A stretch of DNA of 64,000 nt from the NCBI GenBank assembly GCA_965235115.1, contig OZ249436.1:31064001-31128000 (forward strand), given 5' to 3'. How positions within the stretch are numbered: the stretch's first letter is position 1; every line of letters starts with the position of its first letter. A model generated the notes under the pieces. That model had not been told where the DNA came from. It was given only the letters and a program-made list of their open reading frames with translations, and searched no databases. Of this stretch, positions 1 to 12,929 are shown piece by piece. Made by a program: the position numbers and the translations under genes. This DNA comes from Laetmonice hystrix (Eukaryota).

Positions 1-871
1 CAGAACTATGCCCCCTAGCTATACGATCCCGGGACTATGACCTCCAAACTGAATGCCATTTTGTTCTGATCAACAATAATTATATTCCCCCATAGTATAC
101 ATGCAGTAGACTACAGGACTGTTTCCACAGGCAGCCCTATACTGAGAACGAGTATAGATTTCTGAAATCCTATAGGCCAATACATGTATAGAATATCTTA
201 AATCACCTGGTAATAAGAGGAAAAAGTCATGGTAGTATATAGATCTAGCTGCAGTGAGGGATACCTTGCCTATGTTGATGAAAGAAAGAAGGCGACTTAA
301 AAATATTCGAGAAGGGAATGGGGTCACGTATTGTACGTGTACAACACATCCAGTGAATAGAGAAACGTTATCCGATAACTTCAGTCTTGCCAATATATCC
401 GAGAAACATTCAGTATAGAAATATCATAATGGGTATGCCTTTACCGTAATGATTGTTAAGATGTCGGTAGTTTTTCTATCAGACCCCCTCACTATTTGGT
501 CTTTTTACTGTGTTTTCGCCGTGAAGATGGCCCTGAATGCATGCCAAAAATTACGGAATAAAACCACCATTACTCACTCACTCCCCCACTCATCTGTGAG
601 ACGGTAACAGGTAACAGTTCTATATGAACATGGTAGCATTGTAAAATATTACGTATTCTGATAGTACAATTTTTGCGACAGTATTATGCCCGTGGTATAT
701 TTCCCCCATAGCACTTTCTGACCAGGCTGACCCCCCCCCCCCTCAAAAAAGCAAATTCTTCCCCTAAACCCCCCTTACCAAAATCTTGGATCCGCCCCTG
801 CGTATATACATGTATGCAGTTTTAGTATGGTAAGTAACGTAGAACACCATTTGTTATGATTCCATCTTTAG

Positions 872-2812
872 GTGGCATCGCCTGTCAGTCTCAAGCCTTA
901 CACACTTCACAACGGCTGGCTGCCGCCAAATTGTCCGATTTCCAGTTGCGAAAGATTACGCAAGACTTCGACCATGTTTATGGTAGGTGAAAAGTGCATT
1001 ACTTTAAATTGGCGTAATTGATTAGGCCTATATTTAATCAGCTGTAATATAAGTGTGTTGTCCGGTTACATGTCCCTAGGAACGATTACTTCCATAATCG
1101 ATAATGACAGTTACCGAGGTGTTCTTAAAAGTCATTCAACATCAAGTATGTACATGTAACATAGAATTCTAAACTTCTTTCCATATGGCTATATGGCTTT
1201 TACTTATTGAATTTTTTCTTTTGTTTCTTCTGATTTTAGATAGAAATAATGACGGATTTATTGATAAGTCGGACGTCCAAGCAGTTAAGAATGTGAGTAA
1301 TTTTGGTATCTCCAAACTATTGGTGTTAGCATGAGGTGTATGATCACTGGTTTAAAGAATTATTTCCAGTAATACGTGCATGGTATTCAAAATTATTTTT
1401 CTGCCATTTGTCACTTTTAAAGTTCTTTTATTATTATCACCCTGCTGGTATATAACTGAAAAGTATTCATATATTATACAACTATTATGTTATAGGCCTA
1501 TACATGAGAAGTTAACTGTATAATTTTACAGCGACTGCGGACTTACACAGAGAACGTACATGGTAGAGCCATCAAGGACGTATACAAGGCTGGATTTGAC
1601 GATTTTTGGGACATTTTAGTCAGCGTCGCCGACACTAACAAGGATGGGTTTGTCTCGAGGTAGGTCTATATTACGCATTTTCTGCCCAAATGTAGTCACC
1701 GCATATAATTATAACAAAATTATAACTAACCTTTAGTGGCGTTATAAATAAAAGACACCATTCTTTAAATATCTTTAATTATCAGTGCTGCGATGTTACA
1801 AAAATATTATGTAAACTGTATTCCAGGGAGGAATGGGTCCGTTTGTGGGAGGAAATCGTTGGAGGAAAACCTGTCATAGAACCGAAATCACTGCCTCAAT
1901 GGGTACGGATGGTACCCGCTTCCTTATTCCCAGTATTAGATGCCAAAGGTAGGTAGCGTATTAGGTTGTTTCCGTTTATTATTATTATATATTATTGAAA
2001 GCCCTGCGACAGGTACATGTACATCAGATATTATAGGAAAGATGCTCATGTGCATCCTGATCGAACAAAATACAATAAATCCAAAAAAGCTGATATTGCG
2101 AGGAAAAAACACAGGACATTAAAAAGAACACCATTTCACACATGACCTGTTTGGTGCATCTTACCCCCAGTATAGACTATGATCTGTAACGAATGCTACC
2201 CTGTGAATGGCGATCTTTCAGGTGATGGAGTAATAGACACAGAAGAATATAGGGATTTCTGGCACCATGTTGGAGAGTATCGCCTGGCAAGTGATGAGGA
2301 TATTGACCGTTACTTCAAGCATATGACAGAGGTTTGTACCCTTTCTACAAACCCTAGCAAAGAATATTTTCAATATGAAAAAACATGGGAGATTGTGATA
2401 TTCATACATTTGCGTGTAAAGATATATCTGTTTTAGCATGAAAATGTTGTAGCCTGTATAATAATTTTGTTTGGCAGAAATCTTATGCACTCGTTTTTGC
2501 AAAGAAAGGTGTTTCAAATGTATCGAGATACACATGTAGAGACTGACTATAATGAAAGACAAGGATATATTATACGATCATCGCGATCATCGCGAAAAAA
2601 TACACAAGGACTCATTTGCTTATGAATTCACCTGGTTACAAACTTTCTGGATTCCCTTATTCCATTTTCTTTATTTTTTAAAGGAGGGAACAAAACCTAT
2701 CGATCTTCCTCGTTTGGAGCAGCTATACGCCGATTTCTATCTGTCGGACGACCCAGCCACGCCCGGTCGATACATCGCTGGACCGATTAAATTTGGCTTC
2801 GGTGAAGGATAA
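872..2812 (+). CDS. Calexcitin / sarcoplasmic calcium-binding protein-like EF-hand protein, 5'-incomplete; exons 872-982, 1240-1292, 1532-1659, 1827-1948, 2222-2331, 2684-2812
   Basis: All introns are GT-AG and phase-consistent. Spliced product: LSDFQLRKITQDFDHVY-DRNNDGFIDKSD...ADTNKDGFVSREEW...LPQW...DAKGDGVIDTEEY...DFYLSDDPATPGRYIAGP. It has three EF-hand loops plus N- and C-terminal motifs typical of calexcitin/SCP. The start-codon exon was not found. Confidence 0.85.
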
Positions 2813-5542
2813 TGCTGATAGGAAATAGAAATCCCTATATAATTACCTCGTGGTGGCAGGAGTGTGGCAACGCATGTGATGAGAAAGAGAACGTGGCTGG
2901 GGAAGATTGCCTTATAGAGTAAGATGTGTCAAGACTGAACAATAGCAGGCAGAAAGGTGACGTTGAGACGATGAAGACTTAATATAGTATATTCCACAGC
3001 AAAAATCTAAGACAACCCTTCTTTTCAGCATTGCAGGGCTCTGGCGTGATCTCAGATGGTTTAAAAAAAATCAATTTTCACTGTCAGGTTTTTGCGTACT
3101 ATGGCCTAAGCCTATAATTAGAATATTACAGGTACAGAGTACATTGTACTATACCTAAATGTTCTGCATGACTTTTTAATGTATTTTGTGTGATACTATC
3201 CTGATAACCTGCTCAGGGCATTGAACTAGGCCCCAGAGGAATGCCGAAATCCCCAAAATAACCCTTCCCCAGGTATATTCAGTCAGTAGTTCGGTCAGGT
3301 CATGTATTATGCGGTTTTGTATATTATAAATGGACATGGTATTTCAAAATCCATTTTTCTAGCGTTATATGCATGCCAATTTGCAGCGCATCCTTTTTAT
3401 GATAGTGACTCCCACTTGTCCTCCCTTCACCTGGAAAAAAGTTGAAAAACTTTTAAAATGTATCTTAATAATCTAGAAATTATATATCATGGGACATATT
3501 TTATAAGGAAGACTTAGAAATGTGATTTCAGGTACAGCTTCCATCAGAATTATACCTTTTCAATAATGTGCACCCACACATTTTAGGCCTAGAACTGTGT
3601 TAGTATAATAATCCTGTAGATTTACATATTTTTTGGTTCGTATTTCTAAATGTTTTGATACTGTCTTGTGGTACAAAAACTGCTTCGAGTAATCAGGCAC
3701 CCCTGAATTTTAGTGTAAAGTAAACAATTTCATATCTAAGAGTATATAATAGAGAATTTAACATTTTATTGAAATTTAGATGATTTTTGCTCTGTGTAAA
3801 GCCTAAAGTACTTTTTTATTCTGGGAAAAATCTTTTTTGGGGGGGCTCAAGCCGATTTAAATTCAAACACCCATTGATTCCATAATGCATATCATTAAAG
3901 TGGCACCTCAATTTCTTCAGATACTTGCCTTTGGACCCCAGTGACACCATGTTAAAATTTCAGTTCCGAGCGATAAGCAAACGTATTTTAAAAATGGAGT
4001 TAGTTATGTTGAGTTACCGTTCGGTCCGAGCCGTATTTTCTGAAGCCAGCGCGGGGTGGGAGCTAGCGGTAATCTATTTATAGATCATAGCTTATGTCCA
4101 AATATGGTAGCGGAATCTCAGTATACCCATCCGAATATTCTTGGTCGGATGGAAGCCAGGAGGACAGCAGAAACATATTTTTCCGTTCCATTTTTTAAAT
4201 ACTTTCGCTTATCGCTCGAGCCTGAAATATTAACATGGTGTCATGGGGTTCAATTCAAAGGTAAATATTTGATTAAACTTTCTGTTGTTGTATTAATGTG
4301 GAATGGAATTCCTGTTCTTTGGTACATAATGATCAATGTACATATAGCCATATTGTTGCCAATAAAAGGTTCCTCTGGATAATAAAAATAGACACATAAT
4401 GATGGGGTTCCAGCATCAGACGTTTACAGCAGATGTTGTTTTAAAGAGATTCGAACATTATAGAATATGTTAACTTGAACAAGCACAATTATACGCAGGG
4501 ATACATTCAACAACGTTTAAGTGCCTACGTCAGTCTTGTTGAATCTGAACTCGGTTATGGAGGAGATTTATGTATATTTAGGATAATCAGCGCCTATAGG
4601 TTCCATAATTAGGTCACACCAGTTGACTGAGAAACGTAGGTGGTGCTCATTGATGACCTTGGTGACTACCGACAAGTGTGTCGATGTATGATCTGCCTGT
4701 ACTTGTTTGTTTTTCATGGAAGGGTCTACTGTCCGTATAGCAATGTGTAGAAATGTTAGGAAATATTTTCAACGGCAAATTACAATAGGTTTACCGCTTT
4801 GGTCATGGATTCAAGACAGGACAAGAACCAGTTGGTTATTATGACACGCTTCTTGAACAACATAGAACAGTGACGTGGCCGCCAAACTATATGAGATAAA
4901 TATTAAAGCTCAATAATAGCCATGTAGGCCTGGAGTCATATTCAGCAGTCTTGTCTTTTTTTATGCAGACCCCTTCTATATATAGGCTTTATAGCCCTCT
5001 TCCAAGACTTTTAAAGAATTATAGAGACACTTTTTGTATAGGTATGAGTCGCAAAGTTTGGGACAGAAATGAGTTATAGTATAACCCAATAATATTTTCA
5101 GAATCGAAAACCAGCCTTATATGAGAATAATGCACACTTTCACAAGGAAGCTTTGGTTGTGAATTATAGAATAACGAACCGTCCCTCCAGCATGTGCACG
5201 TCTTCCCCGAAATACATTGTATCGAAGATTTCCTCCGGTGGGATGCATGAAGTTATGGAAACTTTAACCCTGCATGGCACTGGCAAAGTGTATATAGCAT
5301 ATGTGTTTTCTTTAAGCAGAAATTAGTTCCTCATCTAGAACAGGCCAAGTGATGGGTTTGATCACAGGGACGCCGCTGTCAATTTCAAGGGGACAACTCC
5401 GGGTGTTTGACTCCATGCGATTTAAGCATGTTATCGTTATGGTTGGCTGTAAAATCAAAAGTCACGAATACTTACTTCGGTGAGGTGCATTCTTCATGTT
5501 TGTCCACCACGGCCAACCATAGCAAAATCGGCCGGCCGGGTG

Positions 5543-5774
5543 GCGAATTTTTTTCCCCAAACAGGTTTGCCATGACGCTTGGAGTCAAATTGTTCAAAAA
5601 GGGTTAGAGTTAAGGTTAGAGTTAGGGATAACATTGGTTATTAACTCTTAGGGATTTACGGTTAGTTCGGGATAAGGATAGTGATATTCCAACACAGTTG
5701 TCACGTGTCACGTTCGTCCTACTCGGTATTTGATTGGACGAAATGGCAAACCTGTTTGGGGAAAAAAAATTCGC
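5543..5774. mobile_element. ~230-bp MITE with ~30-bp TIRs and 9-bp TSD (Mutator-like), inserted in another repeat
   Basis: TIRs are GCGAATTTTTTTCCCCAAACAGGTTTGCCAT and its reverse complement. Direct repeat GGCCGGGTG at 5534-5542 and 5775-5783. A related host-repeat copy at ~44977-45112 lacks the insert. Confidence 0.7.
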
Positions 5775-6274
5775 GGCCGGGTGGGCCCGTGGATCAGGCC
5801 CTTTAGCCAATTTAAAGGCCGTAGCCCCCACCGCTCCGGTGCAAAAGAAAAAAATTCGTTGGTCCTATATATAGCTGAAATTCACCAGAATGCAGGTATA
5901 ATGCACATAAATATTAACATTTTTCCGAGTGGCAAGTATTTCCTATATGGTTAGTTATAAACTGCATAGGCTATAGTTGATAAAACTTGGCTTCAAGGCA
6001 GGCTAAAAGTTTCCGTGCATTATGCACGAGGCTTTGAAAGTGCGGGTGCATGTGTATACATACGTGCTGGTGACAAGTCGACACTGGTACCCATCATGTC
6101 GACATGTTTACCCGAAAAATATACCGCGTATTGGCTGACTTGTTACTTTATGCTCCATACTGTCGTACTTCATTTGTTAGTATCGTTCTGGCAGCGAGGG
6201 AAAAAGGAAGAGGGAAACAAACATTGAAAAGGTATAACGGTGGGCTATAGCATGAGGTTGTAGGCCTATTAATA

Positions 6275-7131
6275 TATCGGGTGGATAAAAAAAAAACGCC
6301 CCGAACTTTAAACTTCAATATTTCAAAAAGTAATGATTGTAATTCAATGAAGTTTTTCTTAGTATCACTTCATGATGTTGTCTCTTAGTTGTTAATGTTA
6401 CAACTCAATAGCTTTGATAATATTTCCGTGGGGCTAAAAACAAAAATCATTGTACAAAAGCGCAATGCCGGGCTAAAGCGAGTGGTAGTCGCACCAGAGT
6501 CCCTGGCCTCACACTAGAGTAGGTGGTCAATCGGTCCCCCGTTTTCACTCCATACTGCTCTCAGTCTCTTTTTCCATGAGCCAATGCACTTCCCGATCCC
6601 TGATAGGGAAATATCTTCCCAACATTATCTTCGCAACGTTCTGAATATGTTGCTAAACGTGATAATGATACGATTTCCCTTGAACTTCTCGTTACAGTCA
6701 TATCGTCCTGTTGCAGTTTATTGTATAGGGTTTGGCACATTAAACATTTGTTTTCTCTAAAAGTATACTAGGAATAGCACATAATTATTTTATTATATCC
6801 AGTGGTCCACAACATTATATATTGTAAAACATGCAAAAACTAAATATTGATTTTTTTTTTACCCAAGGTACAATGCGGTGCATCAAACAGGTGTCAAATT
6901 GGACACACTGGCAGCTGCATGATATTTGACCTAATTCCGGCATTGCGTTTTTAGACACTGATTTTTGTTTTTAGCGCCACGGGATTAATATCGAAGCTAT
7001 TGACCTGAAACTTTAACATACCAGAGATAATATGATGAAGTGATATTAAGAGATATTGTATTGAATTATAATTTATAGTTTTTGAAATATTAAAGTTTAA
7101 AGTTCGGGGCGTTTTTTTTATCCACCCGATA
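6275..7131. mobile_element. Non-autonomous Tc1/mariner-like element with ~195-bp imperfect TIRs, copy 1
   Basis: Ends TATCGGGTGGATAAAAAA...TTTTTATCCACCCGATA, flanked by TA. A highly similar copy lies in opposite orientation at 41864-42723. Confidence 0.8.
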
Positions 7132-8499
7132 TATGTTTCGCTGAGCTTGGAATACGGGCCCATGTGCAGAGGCCTTCAAAACTTCAATAGACTATAGAGG
7201 CCTACGACTATAGCTATTATTTTAAGTGGAATTATTAAGATATCTGGAAATTAAGTAGTATAGAAAGATGATTAATAGGCATATTCCTGGTGCCTATTAG
7301 CTGCAATTTTAAGCGGAGTAAAAATAAATATGAAAAATGTGGATTTCCAACTGCATGGATATATTATTATGCCTGCCTTTGTCACAAGAAACACGTATAA
7401 ATTCCGAAGGGAGCGAGGGGCTACGTAAAAATTAGATCTATAGGTATTATAAAGACTATAGGCCTACCTTTTTTCATAATTATGACGGTTTTTATGACAA
7501 CTATATTGTCGGTCCGTCGGCTGTGTTTATTGGAGCCGGGGGAATTAAGGGGGTGTCCTATACTTTTGCCGTCTTGCCGGGGGCGCAGATCATGGATTTC
7601 GAAAGAAGGTGGGATGAGGGGATAGGAGTGAAAGAAGGAAAGTAGGCCTAATATTAGCATAGACTCTCCCCTCCCGCAACACAATGCCAACTGGACATAG
7701 GCATGCAGTGGGGCATCCGGGGTGGGGGGGGGCCGCCCCCTTAGATTTCTTCTTTTTTACAGTCAAAATAAAAGAAATGTAAGTGGGACGCCCTTATCAA
7801 AATCCTGCCCCCCCCCCATCAAAATACTGGTGCGCCCCCCCCCCCCTTATCAAAATCCTAGAATCTATAGGCCTAGGCCTAGATCCCCACTGCTATATAT
7901 AGGCATGCATATAGGCCTATAAAAATAATTCGCCCATTAGGCCTACATAATTATATAGGATACTACATGTATATCCAAGCGTCAAGCCTTAAGAAATTCA
8001 CTTACACGGTAAGCATAAATTGGACAAGTTTTGATAATTTCCCGTGGGACCGTCACCAATAGCTTTTAAGTTACGGTAGCGCCCTCTATCGTTTTGATTA
8101 TGCCTGTCGACATTGGGCAGCAGGTTCCACATAAAGCAGGCCTGTGGGAGGAGGCCTACCTTTTTTCATATTCGCGTCTCCTGTTAAGATAAATAAGGGC
8201 TTTAGTAGCTGCCAGTAGGCCTATAATTTTAGCTTGAAGGCTATAATAATTAAGCCCATAGGCCTATATAGGCCGTAAGATGGATCTATATATGCCTATA
8301 GGCCTACGCGTGTTGTTTTCTGGTTTTTGTTTGTTTTTGTGTTTTCTGGGGGGAAGGATATACTTGTTTCAATCAATGACAGGACCTATTTAAATAATTG
8401 ATTTGTTACTGCAGTTTGCCGGATCCGGCGCGTGCGTTCTGTTTTATTTAGGCCTATAAGCCTAAGCAAAGATAGAGATTCCAGGTCAATTTCAAATTT

Positions 8500-8708
8500 C
8501 AGGGCCATGCGCAGGATTATTTTGAGGGGGAGGGGCGTACACGGGGGGGGGGGGGTATTGGCCTACACGGGGGTGCTAGTGCATGGGTTCGGGGGCTTGC
8601 AAGAAAATTTTGAAATTTTCCCAAATCGAAGCCCTATTATAGGCCTACTTGATTTTGGACGGGGGGGTTACGGCCACCCCAGAACCCCCCCCCCTGCGCA
8701 CGACCCTG
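8500..8708. mobile_element. Short CAG..CTG-ended MITE with 5-bp TSD (hAT5-like)
   Basis: Ends CAGGGCCATGCGCAGG...CCTGCGCACGACCCTG, with AATTT on both flanks (8495-8499, 8709-8713). Confidence 0.6.
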
Positions 8709-9559
8709 AATTTTTCTGCAGATTATAAAAGTAGGCCTTTATATAGGCCTAGGCCTATAGGCCTATAGGCCTATAGGTCACTTTCATGTTTGATGCATGA
8801 AACGGGGGCGGATACGAATTGGGAAAGGTGGGGGCACTTTTTTGCCTAGCAGGGCCGTGCCCAGAGATTTATGCGGGGGGGGGGGGGGGGGGGGGTTACA
8901 GTGGACGGATCTAAGTAGCCTATAGGACCTAAAAAGCCTAAAAAAAGAAATCTTTGGGCACCTAGGGGGGGGGGGGGTACAGACACACACACACACCCAA
9001 CCACCACCACCCCCGAGCTGCTATACGTCTAAATATCTCAGTCAAAGGTCACTTTTAAGGCATTTTGAAGAATCCTAAATCCTCCACTTAATTTAGGCCT
9101 ACTGTAGATTATGTGAAATCGATCATTATCAAAACGGGAGACGTACACATACATAATAGGTACGCCTCGACGGGTATGCCCCCCCCCCTTATTGCCACAG
9201 CCACAATGTATAAAAAAACTATCAATGATATATTACAACTTGTAAAATAAGCTACATTGTTCTAACAATTCTTTTGACGGGACGGAACATCTGTGTACAA
9301 AATTACATTCATCATTAAATTGAAACAGACTTATTAAAGGGTCCTATTTGACGTTCCCATCCAATGTTTTGACATTAGCCTATAGCGCCTCACCTAGGCA
9401 CCGCCTATTACATTCCCTAAAGTGCTTAGATTTAAATGATTGTCGCCTATACACGTACAAAATGCATAATATTTGACTAGAGACCGTGCTGTTGGACACG
9501 TTCGCCTCAAGGACTAGTCCCCACAAAGGAAACCCTTTTTGGAATAATGCCTGCTCCCT

Positions 9560-9826
9560 GGCTCTCAACGCGGATTGCAATCATGGCGGCTGGGAAGAGA
9601 CGAGTGCTACCGTGGCAGAAAGATCATGATTTACAGGTGTACAGTTCCAGCTTCTTCTCTGTAAGCATACTTAACGATGATTGATTCGACTCGTGCATCA
9701 TTAAAACATTACAAGGTTGACTGAGCGAGGAGAACATCCGAAGGAACGTCTCCGAGAAATCGGTCAACATTGCTCGGACCGAACCGCAGAGAGAGGGGTT
9801 GCTTTGAGAATTGATTACTGAGGCAG
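9560..9826 (+). other. Probable 5' UTR exon of the zinc-finger locus (5' boundary approximate)
   Basis: CpG-richer segment ending in donor CAG|GTAACA at 9826/9827. The next clear acceptor TTTCTTTTCTTAG|G is at 10405/10406. Confidence 0.5.
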
Positions 9827-10593
9827 GTAACAATTTAAAATGCAGAACCTGGTGGTCCTACTTTACATTTCAGTGACCTTTTGTTAACGATTAATATTTG
9901 GATTTCTTCTCTTGGAAGTATTTTTATTTTCCTTTGCGTATTTCTAATATGGCCTTGAGGTACGCCAGGGTATGTGTGGTACATTTTGTGGTGTGGCATT
10001 TCTAGGCCCTAACCTAAACTAAAAAAACTATTCAATTTGTAAGGCTGATTTAAAAGCACAGTCTAAAACCTGCATGAATGGATTGCAATGTTTTCATGTG
10101 AGGCGATTGCCATGATATTTCTGTGGGTAGGCCTATATATAGTTGAAGAATTGACCTATATAAAATTGAAAGCCTAGGCCTAATTGTTCAACTGATTGGG
10201 GGAGGGAGGGGGGGGGGAAGAAAACGTTTGCTGATTCATGACTGGATGTGATGTTGCAAAAGAAGGTCTACTATAAAGTCTATAATATATATGTGAATTC
10301 CTGTCTTGAGTTTGTCTTTTAATTTTGAACATATCTTGAGATTGATAATTTAGTATAATTTATAATCCCATGTCAGTACTAAGTGTTTTTTATTTCTTTT
10401 CTTAGGACTGATTGCGAAGTGATATATCATTAACGAGGCAATCAAAGGCTAGTGGAAAGGCTTCTTGAAGTCTTGGGCACATCTCCAAACCTACCAACCA
10501 GACTCTGCAGCTAACTTCCAGGAGGCAACGGGATTTCATGGGCCAGTTGGCCAGTTTTTACAGGCAGTCCAGGTGAAACTTGATATATGTTGC

Positions 10594-11424
10594 ATGATGA
10601 AGCCGGATCAGGAACGTGTCAAGAGCTTACTGATTGATACGGTGACACTTTTGTGTAAAAACAGTCTGCAGTTCCAAAATGAGTTGTGTATAGAAGGGCT
10701 GCTTGGGGTGAAAGTGGACTCTAGCGATGTCTTCTTTGTACATATCAGTGAAAATTTTCAGAGCCCTTCTTCAATCCAGAAAGGTTCCAAAAACACAGGT
10801 GACTTGGCACCTGCAACCACAAATGAAGCCGGTTCCAAGGTGTTTGATATTCAAAAACATTTACCAGGTGGTAATAATGTTGTGGAGGTACGGTCCCCAG
10901 AGGCCATCGCCAAACCTGCTCCTGTTCTTGCAGGACAAAGAAGAGTTCCGCGGAAAGCTTCCAGTCCCCAGAGGTCTTCTCTGACCTCACAAAAGCTAGA
11001 CGGACTAGGCAGTGACTTTCAGCATGTTTCCAATGTACATGATGTACATGAACATCAAAACGCCAGTGACTCGGACAAAGACAGGCAGACTGACCAGGAT
11101 GGTGGCGAGGTTACCCCTTATATTCCTTTTACTAATGTTGGGAAAAGAGAAGGCAGTCATGACTTCCAAGGGCCACCTCTCAAAAAGTTGCACCCTGTAG
11201 ACCATGAGGGTCTAGACTCAAATGGCACACATGCATACTTACATGACCCACAAGTCTCTCCATGGCCCAACATAGCTGGCAATCTGGAGCTGGCATCTCA
11301 GAGTCAAAGTGCCACCTTTGTGGAACCTGAGGAGAATGAACTCAGAGGTGACATCTCTCAGCCTGGATGTTCGACTTGGCCAACTGCTAGCCAGACAGTC
11401 ACAGCTCCAACGGCAGTTGATATG
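10594..11424 (+). CDS. Constant N-terminal coding exon (277 codons) of a multi-isoform C2H2 zinc-finger gene
   Basis: ATG at 10594 starts MMKPDQERVKSLLIDTVTLLCKNSLQFQNELCIEGLLGVKVDSSDVFFVHISE, followed by a low-complexity linker. It ends at the in-frame donor ATG|GTAGGT (phase 0). Exon acceptor is at 10406. Confidence 0.8.
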
Positions 11425-12391
11425 GTAGGTCAAACCTCATTATCTAGAAGAATTCTATCCAAAATAAATTTGTGCAGCTCTTATACATATATATATATAG
11501 ATGTAAAGGTATCAATGTGAATTATTTAAATGTAATTTACAGTATGAGGTGCCCATATTTTCTTTGTTGTTTTCATCAAAATATGTACTGGATCTGTTTA
11601 CTTGTAACTTGATCAAAAGTGTGTTCATCCAGTTTTTATGAAATTCTAGGAACATTTGACAAATCTTTGACAAGCGAGATGAGAAAAAGAACACGATAGA
11701 TGAAAAAAAGAACACATGATTTTGGTGCCAGCATATATATATATAGTAAAAAAAAAATCATGTAACATATATCCTATAATCATATTCAGTGAAATGTAAC
11801 CTGGTAACTAAGGTTAATAAAAAGCATAAATTCAGTGTTTAGTAGTAATTAAGTATGGCATAATTTAATGTAAAACAAAGGATATTCTGAATGCTGAACA
11901 TGTTTTTTTCTCTATTTTTTCCCCTTTTTTGGGCTCCTGTTCATATATTAATTTGTTGTCCGTAAGTGGAATTTCTAAAAATCTTTACCTGAGATTGAGT
12001 GAAAACTTCTCTTTCAGTCAACTTTCTACTTGAGTTATGATTAGTTTTGATTGCAAATTGTGGCAAGGTCAGACCATTGAAATTAGACCAGGTGGTGACA
12101 TGGAAAGTTAAACTTTTGCCACTTTTTTCTGGGATTCAGTTTGATCTTCGATATATTTCTAGAAAAATTTAACCATAATAGATTCTGCCTGATTTGATTT
12201 GTAATTTAAATATGCCTTATTTGTTGTAAATGAAAAAGTATGCCTATTCAATGTCATGAAGTGTTGAGCTGTGCTCATCATTTGCATTATGATAGGTCTA
12301 CTCACTCTACTGGTACATATTGTACCCCTATATCAGTACATATGAAATTTAAAAGGGGGCATTTGAAACTATTGTGAGTGGCCAGGAGGCC

Positions 12392-12929
12392 TATATTATA
12401 CAAATATTGGATGGCGGCGAGTCCACTATACAGTTTACGGGACGAAGAAAAGCGATAATGGACCAGGCGAAGCCGAGTCCATTATTGCTTTTCAGAGTCC
12501 CGTAAACTGTATAGTGGACGAGCTGCCATCCAACACTTGCTATATTATACACCTATAGAATATAGGGCCTAAGTAAAATATTGATAATCCCATATAAATA
12601 AAGTCGAGAACACCCGCTTATGAAAATTATGTAGGTTAAACTTTTCTGTAACCATGGTCAATGTGACAATTGGACACATTAATTTAGAACCCCATTAACT
12701 AGTTACTATAGTTAAATTCATCTTATCTTATCCATCTTATCATCTAGAAGCAGCCTGGGCAGCCGGGCAGGACTGCTCTTATCATTTAGATCTACTTTGA
12801 CGTCGTCTCTATGGTTTCCAGAGCGAACCGTCCAATATCGTATTTTACCATCCAATATCAAAATTTTCGGGACGGTCACGTGGTACAAATGGACCAATCA
12901 GATTGCTTAGCTGGGCTAGGTGTATAATA
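12392..12929. mobile_element. Palindromic repeat element with a ~125-nt hairpin (GGCGAAGCC loop) and a short inverted TATTATACACCT motif
   Basis: Arms TTGGATGGC..GTCCACTATACAGTTTACGGGAC and GTCCCGTAAACTGTATAGTGGAC..GCCATCCAA span 12407-12533. TATTATACACCT (12543-12554) pairs with AGGTGTATAATA (12918-12929). Superfamily uncertain. Confidence 0.55.

Noticed and set aside
10465..10593. ORF-track N-terminal extension (TTG start) and read-through to 11520
   Set aside because: TTG is not a normal eukaryotic start, the first in-frame ATG is 10594, and sequence after 11424 follows a strong donor and looks intronic.
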